47,280 bases of DNA from a bacterium (GCA_035524855.1 DATKOC010000184.1:1-47280); one strand, 5' to 3'; numbered from the stretch's first letter, positions 26,701-34,701 are shown. The notes: a model not told the origin generated them from the sequence alone. Translations and numbers: made by a program.

Positions 26701-26964
26701 TTCCGGCAGTCCATGGGCGTGGCGGTGGAGGGAGGGCTGATCAGCTCGCTCATCCTCACCCTCATCATCGTGCCCTCGGTCTTTGGCTACTTCGACGATT
26801 TCCGGCTTTGGTTGCGGAGGAAATTTAAGATGGACGCGGATAAAGGGGAACCCGCGAGGTCGGATGTGGAAAAACCGAAGGTGAGGTTACCGAAACCAAA
26901 AGCCCGGAAAGAAACAGGGAAATTACCTGAAACGCCCGTTCAAAATCCGGAAATCATGAATTAG
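23725..26964 (+). CDS. RND efflux permease (AcrB/MdtC-like), paralog 2
   Basis: 1079 aa with an ATGA overlap with paralog 1. It is collinear with paralog 1 along its whole length (MNLPKLAIERPVFI..., LLIDDAIVVRENIWRHIEEGEEP). Confidence 0.93.
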   Translation: MNLPKLAIERPVFISCVVILIMVLGLMAYSSLGVENFPDVSFPYIFVTTPYQGASPEEIETQISKPLEDELSTLQGVKKVSSINSEGFSSIFIQFTLETDAKDAEQRVRDRVSFVRPTLPKGVDEPVIQRYDPTGAAVALLSLTSSLSPADAFDLADQVIKPQLAQVPGVGVVNIQGGRKKEIRVELDRNQLNRYRISASQVADRIALNGTNIPVGKVSIEARDLLFRSVGQYDNLDRLRKTSVNFVGSDVSIPVERLGQVTESLEEPIGYTYVNGTPTLILEVFKQSKANTVSVVDAVNKRLEALNADLKTRPGSPALTSIRDAAKPVRLNLDDVKRTILQGIFLTVLVVFLFLGSFRSTLITVTSLPVSLLGAFILMNAENFTLNVMTLLALSLSVGLLIDDAIVVRENIWRHIEEGEEPKKAAVDGTLEVALAVVATSSVIIAVFFPIAFLHGTVGQFFKQFGLSVCFAMGISLFEAMVMGPMLSAYWARKKGSGGFFDKVDDFLAPILTRFNRLQNFLEDRYAVLIDWCLRHRLWVVLGSIVLFFLSVGGLGPHIKSTFLPSADIGEFMTFYKAPPGTSLESMRDQVLKMDEIIRKHPEVALTSMTIGGMDSTGTARQDPNTGRIYVRLKPYTQRKNTTSDLKDMVRKELEPYKAQLKPQVADFSEFGDWAPFNLNLIGEDYAVLAPFAEQVVQKIKGIKGIADVQSTYDGGKPEFQAVLDPEKMKVLGVSGVEAGMDLRTQVEGATPAKFRQKGLEYDIRVRLKEDQRNIEKDFYSILVPNQNHNMVRLSDIAQPVTTEGPAKINRQNRARYVQISGQLGPGGALGNILNDAKAIMDSIQKPQGITYEFVGQAEDYADLGRSMVKAVFLAILFTFMILASLYESPILPFTIMMAIPLSIVGAFFALFVTGQSLNIFSMISLVMLLGLVTKNSILLVDYTLQMIRKGMSREEALKHAGRVRLRPILMTTFALIAGMLPLALALTEVGKFRQSMGVAVEGGLISSLILTLIIVPSVFGYFDDFRLWLRRKFKMDADKGEPARSDVEKPKVRLPKPKARKETGKLPETPVQNPEIMN

Positions 26965-26974
26965 GTTTGAATCC

Positions 26975-29110
26975 TTATCCACCAGCCTTTATTTTTCCAA
27001 AAGCCGTGGCGGGGATGATTTCCCAATGGGTATCACCCAGTTTTTTCCAAATCAAATGAAGGACCAGGCTGTCCCCGTCTTTTTTCTCAAACTCCAACTT
27101 TAATGAATGGGCCCCTCTGGCCATTTTCAACGGCTTTTCCAAAGCCACCCTCTTTCCATCCAACCAGAGTTGGGCCTTGTCGGAGGTCAGAACCTGGAAC
27201 TGGTATTCTCCCGACTTGGGAATCGAGAGGTCGCCCATCCAACGAATGAAGAAGGGCGGGTAGTCCTGGAAGGGGAAATCCCCTTTATGGGTGAAGTTCA
27301 GCAGGGGGTCCCAACGCACCGCCACGGGCTTGGCTTTGGGGTCGGAGGAATTGACATAGGTTCCTTGGAGGCCTCGGTTCCATCCCTGGTAGAGTCCCAG
27401 GATTTCCTTGGGAACCCAATAAAGGAATAGGAGTGGATGGCCATCCTTCGGGTCCAGTAACCGCTCGGGGCGCCCGCCTGGGAACAACTCCTCTAGAAGT
27501 TCCTCCAAGCCGGACTTACCCGTTTCCAACACGAAGAGCGTGTCCTTGTCCTTGGGCCATTGGTCGGGAATTAAATCCTCCGGAATCCGCAGAGGCCTTA
27601 CCCGGCCCCCCGCCGGGTATCCTAAAAAGGCGATTGTGTGGTTCCCGTAATAAGCCGGGGTTATGAAATAATCCCAACGCCCGGGGTCGGATTTCTCGAG
27701 GCGCTCGATGGTGCGGCCGATGAAATTCTGCTCCAACCCGAAGCCCCGGTGGCAGGTCTCCTCCTGGTTTTGGGTGACGAAGTAGGTATATCCGTTTTGG
27801 GCCGCTAATCCTCCCAGTAGGAGAACGGCGAGGGCCAGCCCCCAACGGACCTTGAAGGCTGGTCCCAGGGAAACCCAGGAAAATTCCATCGCCGTGCCCG
27901 CGAAAAAGGCCGCAAAAGGCGTTAAAGAAACCAACCGGTTGGCGTTAGCGGGGTCATCCGCGAGGAGTCCCGTGAGGGCCATGCCGGCGAATCCCACCAG
28001 CGGATAAAAGAATCCGGGATCCCTCCTCCGCCGACAGGCCAACCCCAGGCCCAGGATGAAAAAAACGCCGGTGACGTCATCCAACATCCGGTGGCCCGGA
28101 ATGTTGTGACGGGCATTGCTATCCCCCCGCCGGTTGAACATAAGGGCGTCCCCACTCCAAACCGTCAGGAGTGGCCGAAGGCTTTTTTCCTCCAAGATCT
28201 TTGATCCCAGGAAGAGCTGGGATTCCCTCAGCCCCAGGCTGCCTTTTTGCGCCATCATCCCCAAGAGGGGGGCCATCCACGCGAGCACGAGCAGAAAATA
28301 GGGCAGGAAAGGCCCTAAGGATTTCTTTCGATCATGGGTGTATTCGTCCAACCCGAAAAAAGCCATGAGGAGGGGCACGATCTTAAAGGCTTGGTAAGTG
28401 TAAAAACCGGCTCCGGTAAAGAAGGCCGAGATGACCCAGGCCCAGGCTTTCCGGCTTTTCCTCCAATAAACCCAAAAAGCCAGGGCGCCGAACAAATAAA
28501 AGGAGACTTGGATGCTGGGATAACCGGTTCGGGTCATGACCCAATCCCAGCGCATCACCGCCAGTAGAAAGAGGGAAACCAAGGCGGCCCGGGGCCCCGC
28601 CCACTGACGGAAAGTCCAATAGATGAGGAGAAAGGCCGCCAGGGAGAGCAGGGCGAAGAAAAGGTGGAACGCCCAAGGGGAGGAACCCGCCAGGCGGAAC
28701 CATGCCGCCATTTGGTAAAGCAAAAGGACCTGGGGGACTTCGTCATCAAAAATCTCCCGGAAGGGCCGCCAACCCTCGAAGGCGATCCTTTGGGCGGATT
28801 GACCCATAAAGCCCTGGTCGGTGTGCATTCCCGGCGGGAGTGAATCCGTATGGAACAACCTCAGACAAAGCCCCAAAAGCAGGATGGACCCCAAAAGCAT
28901 CCTTTCGATCCTCGGGTTGAGGGAAACCGGGGGCGTGGGAAGGGATGGGCGGGTGAAGAGTAAAAGCGCCGCGGCGTACAGCGCCAAGCCCGGGAAAAGG
29001 GTCCAAGGCTTGTCCTGCTGGGCCAGGAAAAATTGGCCGAGCCCCGCCAATCCGAGCGCGGCTAGGCCGCCGTTTTTTACTGAAAAAGGGAATAAGGATT
29101 TGAGGCTCAT
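26975..29110 (-). CDS. Polytopic ArnT/PMT-like (GT-C type) membrane protein fused to a C-terminal PA14 domain, paralog B
   Basis: 711 aa from the ATG at 29110, which makes an ATGA overlap with the upstream paralog. About 10 or more hydrophobic helices carry a first-loop motif LPPGMHTDQG. The C-terminus (GLQGTYVNS...FIRWMGDLSIPKSGEYQFQVLTSDKAQLWLDGKRV...HSLKLEF) fits PA14. Confidence 0.75.
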   Translation of the reverse strand: MSLKSLFPFSVKNGGLAALGLAGLGQFFLAQQDKPWTLFPGLALYAAALLLFTRPSLPTPPVSLNPRIERMLLGSILLLGLCLRLFHTDSLPPGMHTDQGFMGQSAQRIAFEGWRPFREIFDDEVPQVLLLYQMAAWFRLAGSSPWAFHLFFALLSLAAFLLIYWTFRQWAGPRAALVSLFLLAVMRWDWVMTRTGYPSIQVSFYLFGALAFWVYWRKSRKAWAWVISAFFTGAGFYTYQAFKIVPLLMAFFGLDEYTHDRKKSLGPFLPYFLLVLAWMAPLLGMMAQKGSLGLRESQLFLGSKILEEKSLRPLLTVWSGDALMFNRRGDSNARHNIPGHRMLDDVTGVFFILGLGLACRRRRDPGFFYPLVGFAGMALTGLLADDPANANRLVSLTPFAAFFAGTAMEFSWVSLGPAFKVRWGLALAVLLLGGLAAQNGYTYFVTQNQEETCHRGFGLEQNFIGRTIERLEKSDPGRWDYFITPAYYGNHTIAFLGYPAGGRVRPLRIPEDLIPDQWPKDKDTLFVLETGKSGLEELLEELFPGGRPERLLDPKDGHPLLFLYWVPKEILGLYQGWNRGLQGTYVNSSDPKAKPVAVRWDPLLNFTHKGDFPFQDYPPFFIRWMGDLSIPKSGEYQFQVLTSDKAQLWLDGKRVALEKPLKMARGAHSLKLEFEKKDGDSLVLHLIWKKLGDTHWEIIPATAFGKIKAGG

Positions 29111-31260
29111 GGCTTTCGCCCACCGAAGGCGGTGGCCGGGACGATTTCCCAATGGGGATCACCCGGTTTTTGCCAGACCAGGTGGAGGGCCGCGTAGGGG
29201 CCGCCCGATTTCTCAAACTCCAACCTTAAAGGATGCATTCCCTTCACCATCCAAACCGGATTTTCCGAGGGGGCGGGTTTTCCATCCAACCAGAGCGCGG
29301 CGGGATCGCTGGCCAGAACCTTGAAAGCGTAGTCACCGGATTGCGAAATCGAAATTTTTCCCGTCCAGGCCGCCCGGTAGGGCAACAGGCCCCCATAAGG
29401 AAAATCCTGGAAAGACGCGAAATTAACCAGGGGCTGGGGGGAAAGGGTTGAAACCGGCTTGTCCGCGGACCCCGCCTGGTACAGGCCCTGAAGCCCCCCC
29501 CACCAGCCCTTGAAGAGCGCCAGCGACTCGGGGGGCGCGTTGAAGCGGCAAAGCCGGGCGGTGCCATGGGAATCCCTCAGGATTTCCGCGCGGCCCCCGG
29601 GAAATATCCCTTGGAGGAAATCCAGGACCCCCTTTTGCCCCCCCTCGAGGAAAAACACCGCCGGCAGGTCGCGGAGGAAATTGCCCGCGGCGATGGCGGC
29701 TGGATCGAAGCGGATCATCCGATCGCGAGCGGGATAGGCCAGAAAATCCTCGGTGTAATTCCGGAAATAGGGTGAAGCGAGGAAATAATGGAACTGCCCT
29801 TGATTTCTCCCTTCCATGCGGCGGAGGGCCTCCCCCACCTGGTTTTGCTCAAAGCCATAGGCCTCCCGGCAAGAATCCTCCCCGGCTTGGAAGTGGAAAT
29901 AGGTCCAGGCGTTTTGCGCGCCGGCGGACAGGAGCAGAAACCCCAGGGCGCCCGCCACCAGGGGCTTTTTACCCGGAAAAAGGGAGGCGAGGAACATCCC
30001 GATTTCCCGCGCCATGAGGGCCGCGAAGTAGGCCACCCAGGGCGCCAGGCCCAGGAAGCGGTGGGGCGTCCCCGGTTCCTGGGTCATCAGGCCCGGAAGG
30101 GCCATCACGGCAAAGGCCATCAAGGGATAGGCCCCCTTCCGTTCCTTGCGGCTCCGCCAAGCGAGGGCCAGGCCCAGCGGAAAAAGCGCGCCGGTGATAT
30201 CGTCCAGCATCCGGTGGCCGGGCAGGTTATGGAAGGGATTCCAGGTTCCCTCCCGGTTGGTCATGAGCAGGGTACCACCCCAGGAATCCGCGAGTGGCCG
30301 AAGGCTGTTTTCCTCCCAAACTTTCTTAAACAGGAACACCTCGCCCTCCCGTTTTCCAAGGCTCCCATGGGAAAAGACGAAAGTGACATAGGGGAGGGAG
30401 AGGGCTGCCAGGAGCGCGAGGGCGGGGAGCAAGGATTTACGTCCCGCCCAGCCGTCCTTTCCGCCCTTTCCTTCCCACCACAACAGGGCCCCCCAGAGGA
30501 GGGGAAGGACCTTCAGGGATTGATAGGCATAGAGTCCTAACGCGGCCAATAGGGCGGAAGCCGCCAGCGGGATTCTGCCGCCGCGAAGGCGCGCTTCCAG
30601 GAACAGGAGCATCATGCCCAGCAGGTAAAAGGGAACCTCCGCGCTGGAGTGCGGATTACGGCATTCAATCCAATCCCACCGCATGACCGCCAAGAGAAAT
30701 AAGGCCGTCAAAGCCACGCCGGGCCCGGCCAAACGGCGGAAAAGGCAATAGGCGAGGAGAAGCCCCGCCATGGAAAGCGCGATGAAGAAAAGCCGCAAAG
30801 TGAAAGGGGAAGGCTCGAGAACGGAAAACCAGGCGGCCAGCTGGTAATACTCCAAGGGGAAGGGATTCTGGAAAAGGAGGGATTCCAAGCCGGGCCGCCA
30901 ACCCTCATGGAGGATTCGCAAGGCGAAAAGCCCCAGGCTTCCCTGGTCGGTATGGAGACCGGGCGGAAAATCGTCGAGCCGGAATAACCTCAAGAAAAGC
31001 CCCAAGGCCAGGATCAACCCGAAGAGTCCCCTTTCCCAGCCGGGGAAAAGGGCCACGGGGGACGGACCGGATAAGAAGGGCCGGCGCAGGAGGATCAGAA
31101 CCGCCGCGGCGTAAAACAACATCCCCGGGAACAAGGTCCAAGGCCGGCCGGATTGGATCAGGAAGATTTGGCCCAGGGCCGCCAGTCCCAAGGCCAAGGC
31201 GGGGGAGGCGGAACTCGAAGAGGGGTTTTCGGTTGAGAAGCGCCCGTGTCGGGAATCCAT
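29107..31260 (-). CDS. Polytopic ArnT/PMT-like (GT-C type) membrane protein fused to a C-terminal PA14 domain, paralog A
   Basis: 717 aa from the ATG at 31260; the track uses a TTG at 31284. The architecture is the same as paralog B (FPPGLHTDQG; GLQGLYQAG...AAWTGKISISQSGDYAFKVLASDPAALWLDGKP...HPLRLEF). Confidence 0.75.
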   Translation of the reverse strand: MDSRHGRFSTENPSSSSASPALALGLAALGQIFLIQSGRPWTLFPGMLFYAAAVLILLRRPFLSGPSPVALFPGWERGLFGLILALGLFLRLFRLDDFPPGLHTDQGSLGLFALRILHEGWRPGLESLLFQNPFPLEYYQLAAWFSVLEPSPFTLRLFFIALSMAGLLLAYCLFRRLAGPGVALTALFLLAVMRWDWIECRNPHSSAEVPFYLLGMMLLFLEARLRGGRIPLAASALLAALGLYAYQSLKVLPLLWGALLWWEGKGGKDGWAGRKSLLPALALLAALSLPYVTFVFSHGSLGKREGEVFLFKKVWEENSLRPLADSWGGTLLMTNREGTWNPFHNLPGHRMLDDITGALFPLGLALAWRSRKERKGAYPLMAFAVMALPGLMTQEPGTPHRFLGLAPWVAYFAALMAREIGMFLASLFPGKKPLVAGALGFLLLSAGAQNAWTYFHFQAGEDSCREAYGFEQNQVGEALRRMEGRNQGQFHYFLASPYFRNYTEDFLAYPARDRMIRFDPAAIAAGNFLRDLPAVFFLEGGQKGVLDFLQGIFPGGRAEILRDSHGTARLCRFNAPPESLALFKGWWGGLQGLYQAGSADKPVSTLSPQPLVNFASFQDFPYGGLLPYRAAWTGKISISQSGDYAFKVLASDPAALWLDGKPAPSENPVWMVKGMHPLRLEFEKSGGPYAALHLVWQKPGDPHWEIVPATAFGGRKP

Positions 31261-31364
31261 TGGCTTATGATACCGGAACCCCAAAGGCTTGGTTGACGGT
31301 TTCCCCCTCCCTAACTACGATAAGCCGGGTGTAGGGTCATTTTTCCTTACAAGGGGAATCACGG

Positions 31365-31880
31365 TTGAAAATCGCCTCCTGGCTTTTCGCCCTCCTGCTG
31401 GGGGCGGTCCTCTTTTACGCCTGCGCCCAATGGGATTCCTCCGGCGACAGCCTTCATCTCCTTGCCAACCATGTCTCGCCCCGTTACGTCCAATCCTTCC
31501 CGGAAACCGGCATCGCTTCGTCCATGGGGGCGGTCCTCGCGGATTACCGGGGGTTCGACCTGATGGCGATCAGCTTACTTTTCCTGGCGGCTACCCTGGT
31601 TATCCTCCTTTATTTTCAAAAGCCCCCGCATCCGGGGCAGGCCTTTCCTTTGGTGCTCTGGCTGGCCGGATTTGGGGCGCTATTGGGGCTGGGATTTCTT
31701 TGCCTCCCGCAAGGGAGTAATTTCCTGGATTTTGAGGCCCTGGCCGCCTGGACTTCCTCCGCCCGCGCCCGCCCGGATGGGGCCCTGATCCTAACCGGCG
31801 GGGCGCTGCTCTGCCTGGGAGCCTTCCTGACCCTGGCCTTGCGCTGGCTTCAAACCCCCGGGGATCTTGAGGACCCATGA
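31365..31880 (+). CDS. MnhB/MbhD-like membrane subunit (Mrp antiporter-related)
   Basis: 171 aa with a TTG start preceded by AAGGGGA. The motif GAVLADYRGFDLMAISLLF resembles the xxDYRGFDTxGE signature of MnhB/DUF4040-type subunits as I recall it. It has 4-5 hydrophobic helices. Confidence 0.7.
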   Translation: MKIASWLFALLLGAVLFYACAQWDSSGDSLHLLANHVSPRYVQSFPETGIASSMGAVLADYRGFDLMAISLLFLAATLVILLYFQKPPHPGQAFPLVLWLAGFGALLGLGFLCLPQGSNFLDFEALAAWTSSARARPDGALILTGGALLCLGAFLTLALRWLQTPGDLEDP

Positions 31881-32173
31881 ATAACTTCCTGACCGTTTTC
31901 GCCCTGCTCCTCTGCGTGGCCGGGTTCCACGGAATCTTCTTTTACGGGGATCCCGCCAAGAAAATCGCCGCTTGGGTTTTCCTCCAGGCCGGGCTCCTGC
32001 TCTTCCTTTTCCAGGCGGTCCCGCCGGGCATCCCCCTGCGTCCCGTCCTGGCGGTGGAAATTCTTGGCGTGACCCTGGCGGTGGCGGGTTCGCTGGCACT
32101 ACTGGCCCATAAGAAAGGGCGGCTTTATGGCACGCGGAAGGCCGGTTGGGCGGCCAAGAGGCAATCCCCATGA
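31877..32173 (+). CDS. MnhC/NuoK-like small membrane subunit
   Basis: 98 aa with three hydrophobic helices and one intramembrane Glu (AVEILGV). It has ATGA overlaps on both sides. The family call rests on size, topology and context. Confidence 0.55.
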   Translation: MNNFLTVFALLLCVAGFHGIFFYGDPAKKIAAWVFLQAGLLLFLFQAVPPGIPLRPVLAVEILGVTLAVAGSLALLAHKKGRLYGTRKAGWAAKRQSP

Positions 32174-33684
32174 GCGTTCACCTGCCGATCCTTCTCCTGC
32201 TGGCCCCATTCACCGGGGCCTGGTTGGTTTTTGGGGTTGGTTTTTTTTCCCAGCGCTTTTCACGCTGGGCGACCTATTTTTTTCTCTTCCTCCCTCTTCT
32301 TCTGGCTTGGGAGGCTTTTCCCAAAATTCTTGCGCGGGGTCCCTGGCATTATTCCCTCGGTGGGTGGGCGCCGCCCTGGGGTATCGAACTGCTGGTGACG
32401 CCTTTTTCGCTCCTCTTAGCCTGTTTTGTTTTGGGAATCGCGGCGATCGCTTTTTACCAACTTGGGAATTTTGGCGCCATGGCCAAACTCGAACCGAGCC
32501 GTGAAGCACTGGGAGGCCCACTGTTCCTCCTGCTGACCGGAAGCCTCTTGGCCCTTCTTTGGGCGCGGGACGGATTCACGCTTTACCTCTTCCTGGAGAT
32601 CATCTTCTTGGTGGGGGCGGGATTGATCCTTTGCGTGAACTGGCAGGGATGGTGGGAGGGTTTTTGCTTCCTGTTGGCGGGGAGCGCCGGAGCCTCCCTT
32701 CTTTTGGCGGGTTTTCTTTTCCTCTACGCCTCCACCGGCACCCTCCACCTGGACGACCTGTTGGCCCAACTCTTCATCACCAAGAATGTCTCCCTGGCCC
32801 TGGCGGCGGGATTGCTTTTAACGGCGGCTTGGGGATTCCTCTTCCTCTTTCCAACGCCCCTCCTTTACGAGCGGTTTCTTCGGGAGGCCCCCCATTTCCT
32901 TTCCGGCTTTTTCTCGGGGGTTTTGGCCCGGGTGGGCGTCTATGTCCTATTCCTCATCCTCTTTTTTGTCCTCAATGTGCCGGGATTGACGACACCGGGG
33001 TGGTTGGAGACGGGAGAACACCTGCTGGTATTCGCCTTTCTCGCCGGGTTTTTCCTCGCCGCCCGCCAAAAGGACTTTCTCCTTTGCGCGGCTTATCTGG
33101 GAGCCGCCCAGTTGGGTTTCATCCTGTTGGGGTTCGTCCTGGGGAATAAAAGCGGGTTGGCCGGCTCCCTCATGGAACTCTTGAGCCAAATGCCAGCCAC
33201 GATGGGATTGTTCCTTGCGGCCGGCCTTTTGGGCCCCAAGCCGGGGGATTCCCAGCCGCTCTCCCGATGGGCCGGGGTGGGACGGCGGGATTTCCCCGTG
33301 GCCCTCTGCCTCGTTATTTTCAGTTTTTCCATCCTGGGAGTGCCGCCGACGGGCGGGTTCTTCGGTAAATTCTACCTTTTCCAAGGCGCCCTGGACAAAA
33401 AGGACTGGTTTTTCCTCGCCGGCTTGGGCCTCGTCCTCCTCCTCAACCTAGCCTCGGCGGCGCGGCTGACCTGGCTGCTCTTCGAACATCCCCAAAGCTC
33501 CCAAAGCCCGGTTCTGCTCGCTCCGAAGGCGAAGGCTCCCCTCTATCTCCTGGCGGGGGCGGTTCTTGTCCTGGGCTTGTTCCATGAGTCGGTCCTCAAG
33601 GACTACATCGAACCGGCCCTGCCCAAGGCTTTTCTCAAGACACCGGCGCCCAACGTTCCCTTCCTGGGCAGGGAAGTGGAATGA
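32170..33684 (+). CDS. Divergent MnhD/NuoN-like antiporter-type membrane subunit
   Basis: 504 aa from the ATG at 32170 (ATGA overlap), with about 14 hydrophobic helices. Its size and its position after the B- and C-like genes fit the proton-conducting antiporter-like family. The canonical motifs look degenerate. Confidence 0.6.
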   Translation: MSVHLPILLLLAPFTGAWLVFGVGFFSQRFSRWATYFFLFLPLLLAWEAFPKILARGPWHYSLGGWAPPWGIELLVTPFSLLLACFVLGIAAIAFYQLGNFGAMAKLEPSREALGGPLFLLLTGSLLALLWARDGFTLYLFLEIIFLVGAGLILCVNWQGWWEGFCFLLAGSAGASLLLAGFLFLYASTGTLHLDDLLAQLFITKNVSLALAAGLLLTAAWGFLFLFPTPLLYERFLREAPHFLSGFFSGVLARVGVYVLFLILFFVLNVPGLTTPGWLETGEHLLVFAFLAGFFLAARQKDFLLCAAYLGAAQLGFILLGFVLGNKSGLAGSLMELLSQMPATMGLFLAAGLLGPKPGDSQPLSRWAGVGRRDFPVALCLVIFSFSILGVPPTGGFFGKFYLFQGALDKKDWFFLAGLGLVLLLNLASAARLTWLLFEHPQSSQSPVLLAPKAKAPLYLLAGAVLVLGLFHESVLKDYIEPALPKAFLKTPAPNVPFLGREVE

Positions 33685-33827
33685 CGTCAGCCCACGGTTG
33701 ACAGCCTGCGGCCGACAGCTTGAATCCAAGCGCGATCACATCGAATCCAACAGGCCAAATCTTGTCAAATATTTGAGTGGTTTTCAAAGCGGTGAGCCAC
33801 GGTTAAAATTCAAGACAGGGGGAAACC

Positions 33828-34124
33828 TTGAGCGACCACCAAGAGAAACGCAAAAACCAGCGCCAGGCCCACCAGCAACCCGTCGAGATTTACCCCATCT
33901 TCCCGTCTTACCCCCAATATCAGATGTCCCTCGGCGGCATGACCCGCAACATCAGCGAGGGTGGTTTGGGGCTCACCGCCGAGAAACCCCTCTTGCCGGG
34001 TTCCCTCTTGAAGGTCTGCTTCAAGGGCGGGAATATGCGAAAGGTGGAGGCCTACGGCAAGATCGCCTGGGCCAACGAGACCCTCTGCGGGATCTCGCTT
34101 TTCTCCTTCACCACCAACGCTTAA
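33828..34124 (+). CDS. PilZ-domain protein (c-di-GMP binding)
   Basis: 98 aa. RKNQR (RxxxR) is followed about 30 residues later by NISEGG (D/NxSxxG). Confidence 0.75.
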   Translation: MSDHQEKRKNQRQAHQQPVEIYPIFPSYPQYQMSLGGMTRNISEGGLGLTAEKPLLPGSLLKVCFKGGNMRKVEAYGKIAWANETLCGISLFSFTTNA

Positions 34125-34235
34125 ATCCATCTCTTTTCCCTGGTTCCCCAATTTAATTTATGACCCGCGTCACTATTGCCTCTGGGTCCCCCGGGGGTAA
34201 CATGGGGTTCAACACATCTGAAGAAGGGGAAAACC

Positions 34236-34577
34236 ATGGTGAAAATTGAAGCCGTCATCAAACCCCACAAACTCGACGCGGTGAAGGAGGCACTGGTCAA
34301 GGTTGGCGTGTCGGGCATGACCGTGTCCGAGGTCAGGGGTTTCGGCAAGCAGAAGGGCCACGAGGACATTCCCGGTGGGGAAACCTTCACCATCGAGTTC
34401 CTCCCCAAATTGAAGCTTGAGATCGTCTGCTCCGACGGGGAGCGCGACAAGATCCTGGAGGCCATTTCGCGCGCCGCCAAGACCGGCAAGATCGGGGACG
34501 GAAAGATTTTCGTCTCTCCCGTCACCGACGCGGTGCGTATCCGCACCTCCGAAAAAGGCGACGCCGCCGTTCAATAA
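34236..34577 (+). CDS. glnB: Nitrogen regulatory protein PII
   Basis: 113 aa from the ATG at 34236. MVKIEAVIKPHKLDAVKEAL...GFGKQKG...TGKIGDGKIFVSPV...IRIRT aligns residue-for-residue with E. coli GlnB as I recall it. Confidence 0.93.
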   Translation: MVKIEAVIKPHKLDAVKEALVKVGVSGMTVSEVRGFGKQKGHEDIPGGETFTIEFLPKLKLEIVCSDGERDKILEAISRAAKTGKIGDGKIFVSPVTDAVRIRTSEKGDAAVQ

Positions 34578-34582
34578 AAGCG

Positions 34583-34690
34583 TGAAGTTCGAAGTGCGTA
34601 GTTCGCAGTTAAGGTAAAAAGTTGTTATTAATTGACGATTAATAACAACTTTCAGCAACTAAAAACTCAACACTTCAAACTCCAAACTAG
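34583..34690. repeat. Low-GC nested palindromic intergenic element, copy B (inverted relative to copy A)
   Basis: The outer arms are TTCGAAGTG (34588..34596) and CACTTCAA (34671..34678). The inner 15-bp palindrome AAAGTTGTTATTAAT-tgacg-ATTAATAACAACTTT lies at 34618..34652. The flanks AACTCAACACT (34664..34674) and AGTTCGCAGTTAAGGTAAAAAGT (34600..34622) are reverse complements of the copy A flanks. Confidence 0.6.
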
Positions 34691-34701
34691 GGCCCTCCTT
34701 C

